DNA of 64,000 nt, from positions 12,026 to 76,025 of the forward strand of contig CAZNKD010000008.1 in NCBI GenBank assembly GCA_964573615.1, given 5' to 3'. Positions 62,791-64,000 of the stretch are shown in pieces (the stretch's first letter is position 1; each line of letters starts with the position of its first letter). The position numbers and the translations under genes are program-made. Under the pieces are notes generated by a model that did not search any database, was not told the DNA's origin, and saw only the letters and a program-made list of their open reading frames with translations. The stretch comes from an uncultured Desulfobacterales bacterium (GTDB lineage Bacteria; Desulfobacterota; Dissulfuribacteria; Dissulfuribacterales; QOAL01).

Positions 62791-63769
62791 TGGATCGAGT
62801 GCCGAAGGAGGGTTTCAACCCATGCCATATCCTGAACCATTTTCATTCCAGGGCCTGAACACCTACTCCCTTTATGACAGGCCGAGCAAGGTGACCACGG
62901 ACGATCTCGCCTCCCCGCCAGATGCGGGCATGAGCGTGCGGCAATTCTTGAGGCGGCTTCCAAGGCAGCTTGCTGCAGCAGATCTTCTGGAGATAGCCTC
63001 ACTTACCGCAAGTGCAGTGGAGGCTGGCAAGCCGGTGATCCTTGCCATGGGGGCACATGTGATCAAGGTGGGTCTGAATCCCGTGCTCATAGATCTGATG
63101 GAAAGGGGGATCATTACGGCCATTGCCATGAATGGCGCAGGCATCATACACGACTCCGAGCTCGCCATGGCGGGAAAGACCTCGGAAGACGTTGCCGCAG
63201 TGCTGGGCGATGGTGCCTTTGGGGCTGCCCGTGAGACCGGCCAGTTTCTAAATGCCTGTATAGCACGGGCGGCAGCAGAGGGCCTCGGCCTTGGACAGGC
63301 CGTGGGCATGATGTTGCTTGAGGCGGGCTATCCCCACAATGAGGCGAGCCTCCTTGCCTCTGCTGCAAGGCTCGATGTGCCGGTGACCGTCCACGTTGCC
63401 ATTGGAACAGATATCATCCATATCCATCCCGATGCCCGTGGAGAGGATATCGGCAAGGCGAGCTACAGGGACTTTCAGATCTTCTGCTCCCTGGTGAAGG
63501 GGCTCGAGGGAGGGGTATATTTCAACATCGGTTCTGCCGTGCTGCTTCCGGAGGTGTTCCTAAAGGCCCTTACGGCAGTGAGGAACCTCGGACACCAGGT
63601 GAAGAGATTTACCACGGTTAATCTAGATTTTATAAGACAGTACCGTCCCTTGACCAATGTGGTATCCAGGCCTACCTTAGAGGGCGGCAAGGGCTTCAAC
63701 ATAACCGGCCACCATGAGCTCATGGTCCCGCTTCTGGCTGCGGCGATCCTGGAGGAGTTGGCCGGTTGA
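62783..63769 (+). CDS. Conserved protein, deoxyhypusine-synthase-like fold (tentative)
   Basis: [36 protein letters not shown]; overlaps the gmhA stop. Confidence 0.6.
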   Translation: MSDGSSAEGGFQPMPYPEPFSFQGLNTYSLYDRPSKVTTDDLASPPDAGMSVRQFLRRLPRQLAAADLLEIASLTASAVEAGKPVILAMGAHVIKVGLNPVLIDLMERGIITAIAMNGAGIIHDSELAMAGKTSEDVAAVLGDGAFGAARETGQFLNACIARAAAEGLGLGQAVGMMLLEAGYPHNEASLLASAARLDVPVTVHVAIGTDIIHIHPDARGEDIGKASYRDFQIFCSLVKGLEGGVYFNIGSAVLLPEVFLKALTAVRNLGHQVKRFTTVNLDFIRQYRPLTNVVSRPTLEGGKGFNITGHHELMVPLLAAAILEELAG

Positions 63770-63836
63770 GGGCATCCGGCTCGGGTGTCGGTTGTTGTTT
63801 TTTGAATTTTAAAGGAAAAAGGAGGAACTCGGTCAC

Positions 63837-64000
63837 ATGCCCATATATGAATATATATGTGAGGAGTGCGGACAGGAGTTTGAGCAGTTGGTGTTCAACT
63901 CCAGGGAGATTGTCAAGTGCCGCAAGTGCGGCTCTGCCAATACCACCAAGAAGATGTCCACCTTCGCCATGAAGTCGGGCTCCCAGTTCAGGGGTACCGG
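63837..64000 (+). CDS. FmdB-family zinc-ribbon protein (3' end truncated; not in ORF track)
   Basis: MPIYEYICEECGQEFEQL...CRKCGS, GGAGG RBS. Confidence 0.85.
   Translation, partial: MPIYEYICEECGQEFEQLVFNSREIVKCRKCGSANTTKKMSTFAMKSGSQFRGT

Overview
A gene-dense, GC-rich bacterial window. Gene content suggests an anaerobic Desulfobacterota/deltaproteobacterial lineage (inference). Left to right it holds: a nitrogen-assimilation cluster (amtB, P-II, glnD, glnA); HIT, TauE, aminotransferase, rpe, pyrD, pyrK and ubiA; a lower-GC hydrogenase/heterodisulfide-reductase operon; ubiX-ubiD; tRNA-Ala(GGC); an 11-gene complex I-like operon (nuoABCDHIJKLMN, no nuoEFG); a short degenerate UvrA-like ATPase; F0 ATP synthase genes in permuted order; hemL; a periplasmic binding protein plus hybrid kinase; gatB, mtnA, a GAF protein and an MreB paralog; an ArnC/ArnT/PAP2-type envelope modification set; a speD-like/speE/DUF62 operon; sigma54-driven fliK-flgD-flgE; gmhA and neighbours. 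The best candidate for an undescribed system is the 11.7-20.0 kb operon. The ORF track breaks four of its genes at in-frame TGA codons, each at a position that is Cys in the family motif and each followed by a SECIS-like hairpin, so these are read here as four selenoproteins, including a [NiFeSe]-type MvhA. The first of them fuses an excisionase/MerR-like HTH to a 2x[4Fe-4S]/CCG (HdrD-like) module. The operon's upstream region carries a perfect 17-bp inverted repeat built from 9-bp-period tandem units. A second notable item is a SAM-decarboxylase homolog that has lost its self-cleavage Ser and catalytic Cys. No CRISPR array, rRNA or intact mobile element was seen. All calls come from motif recognition by eye; no searches were run.
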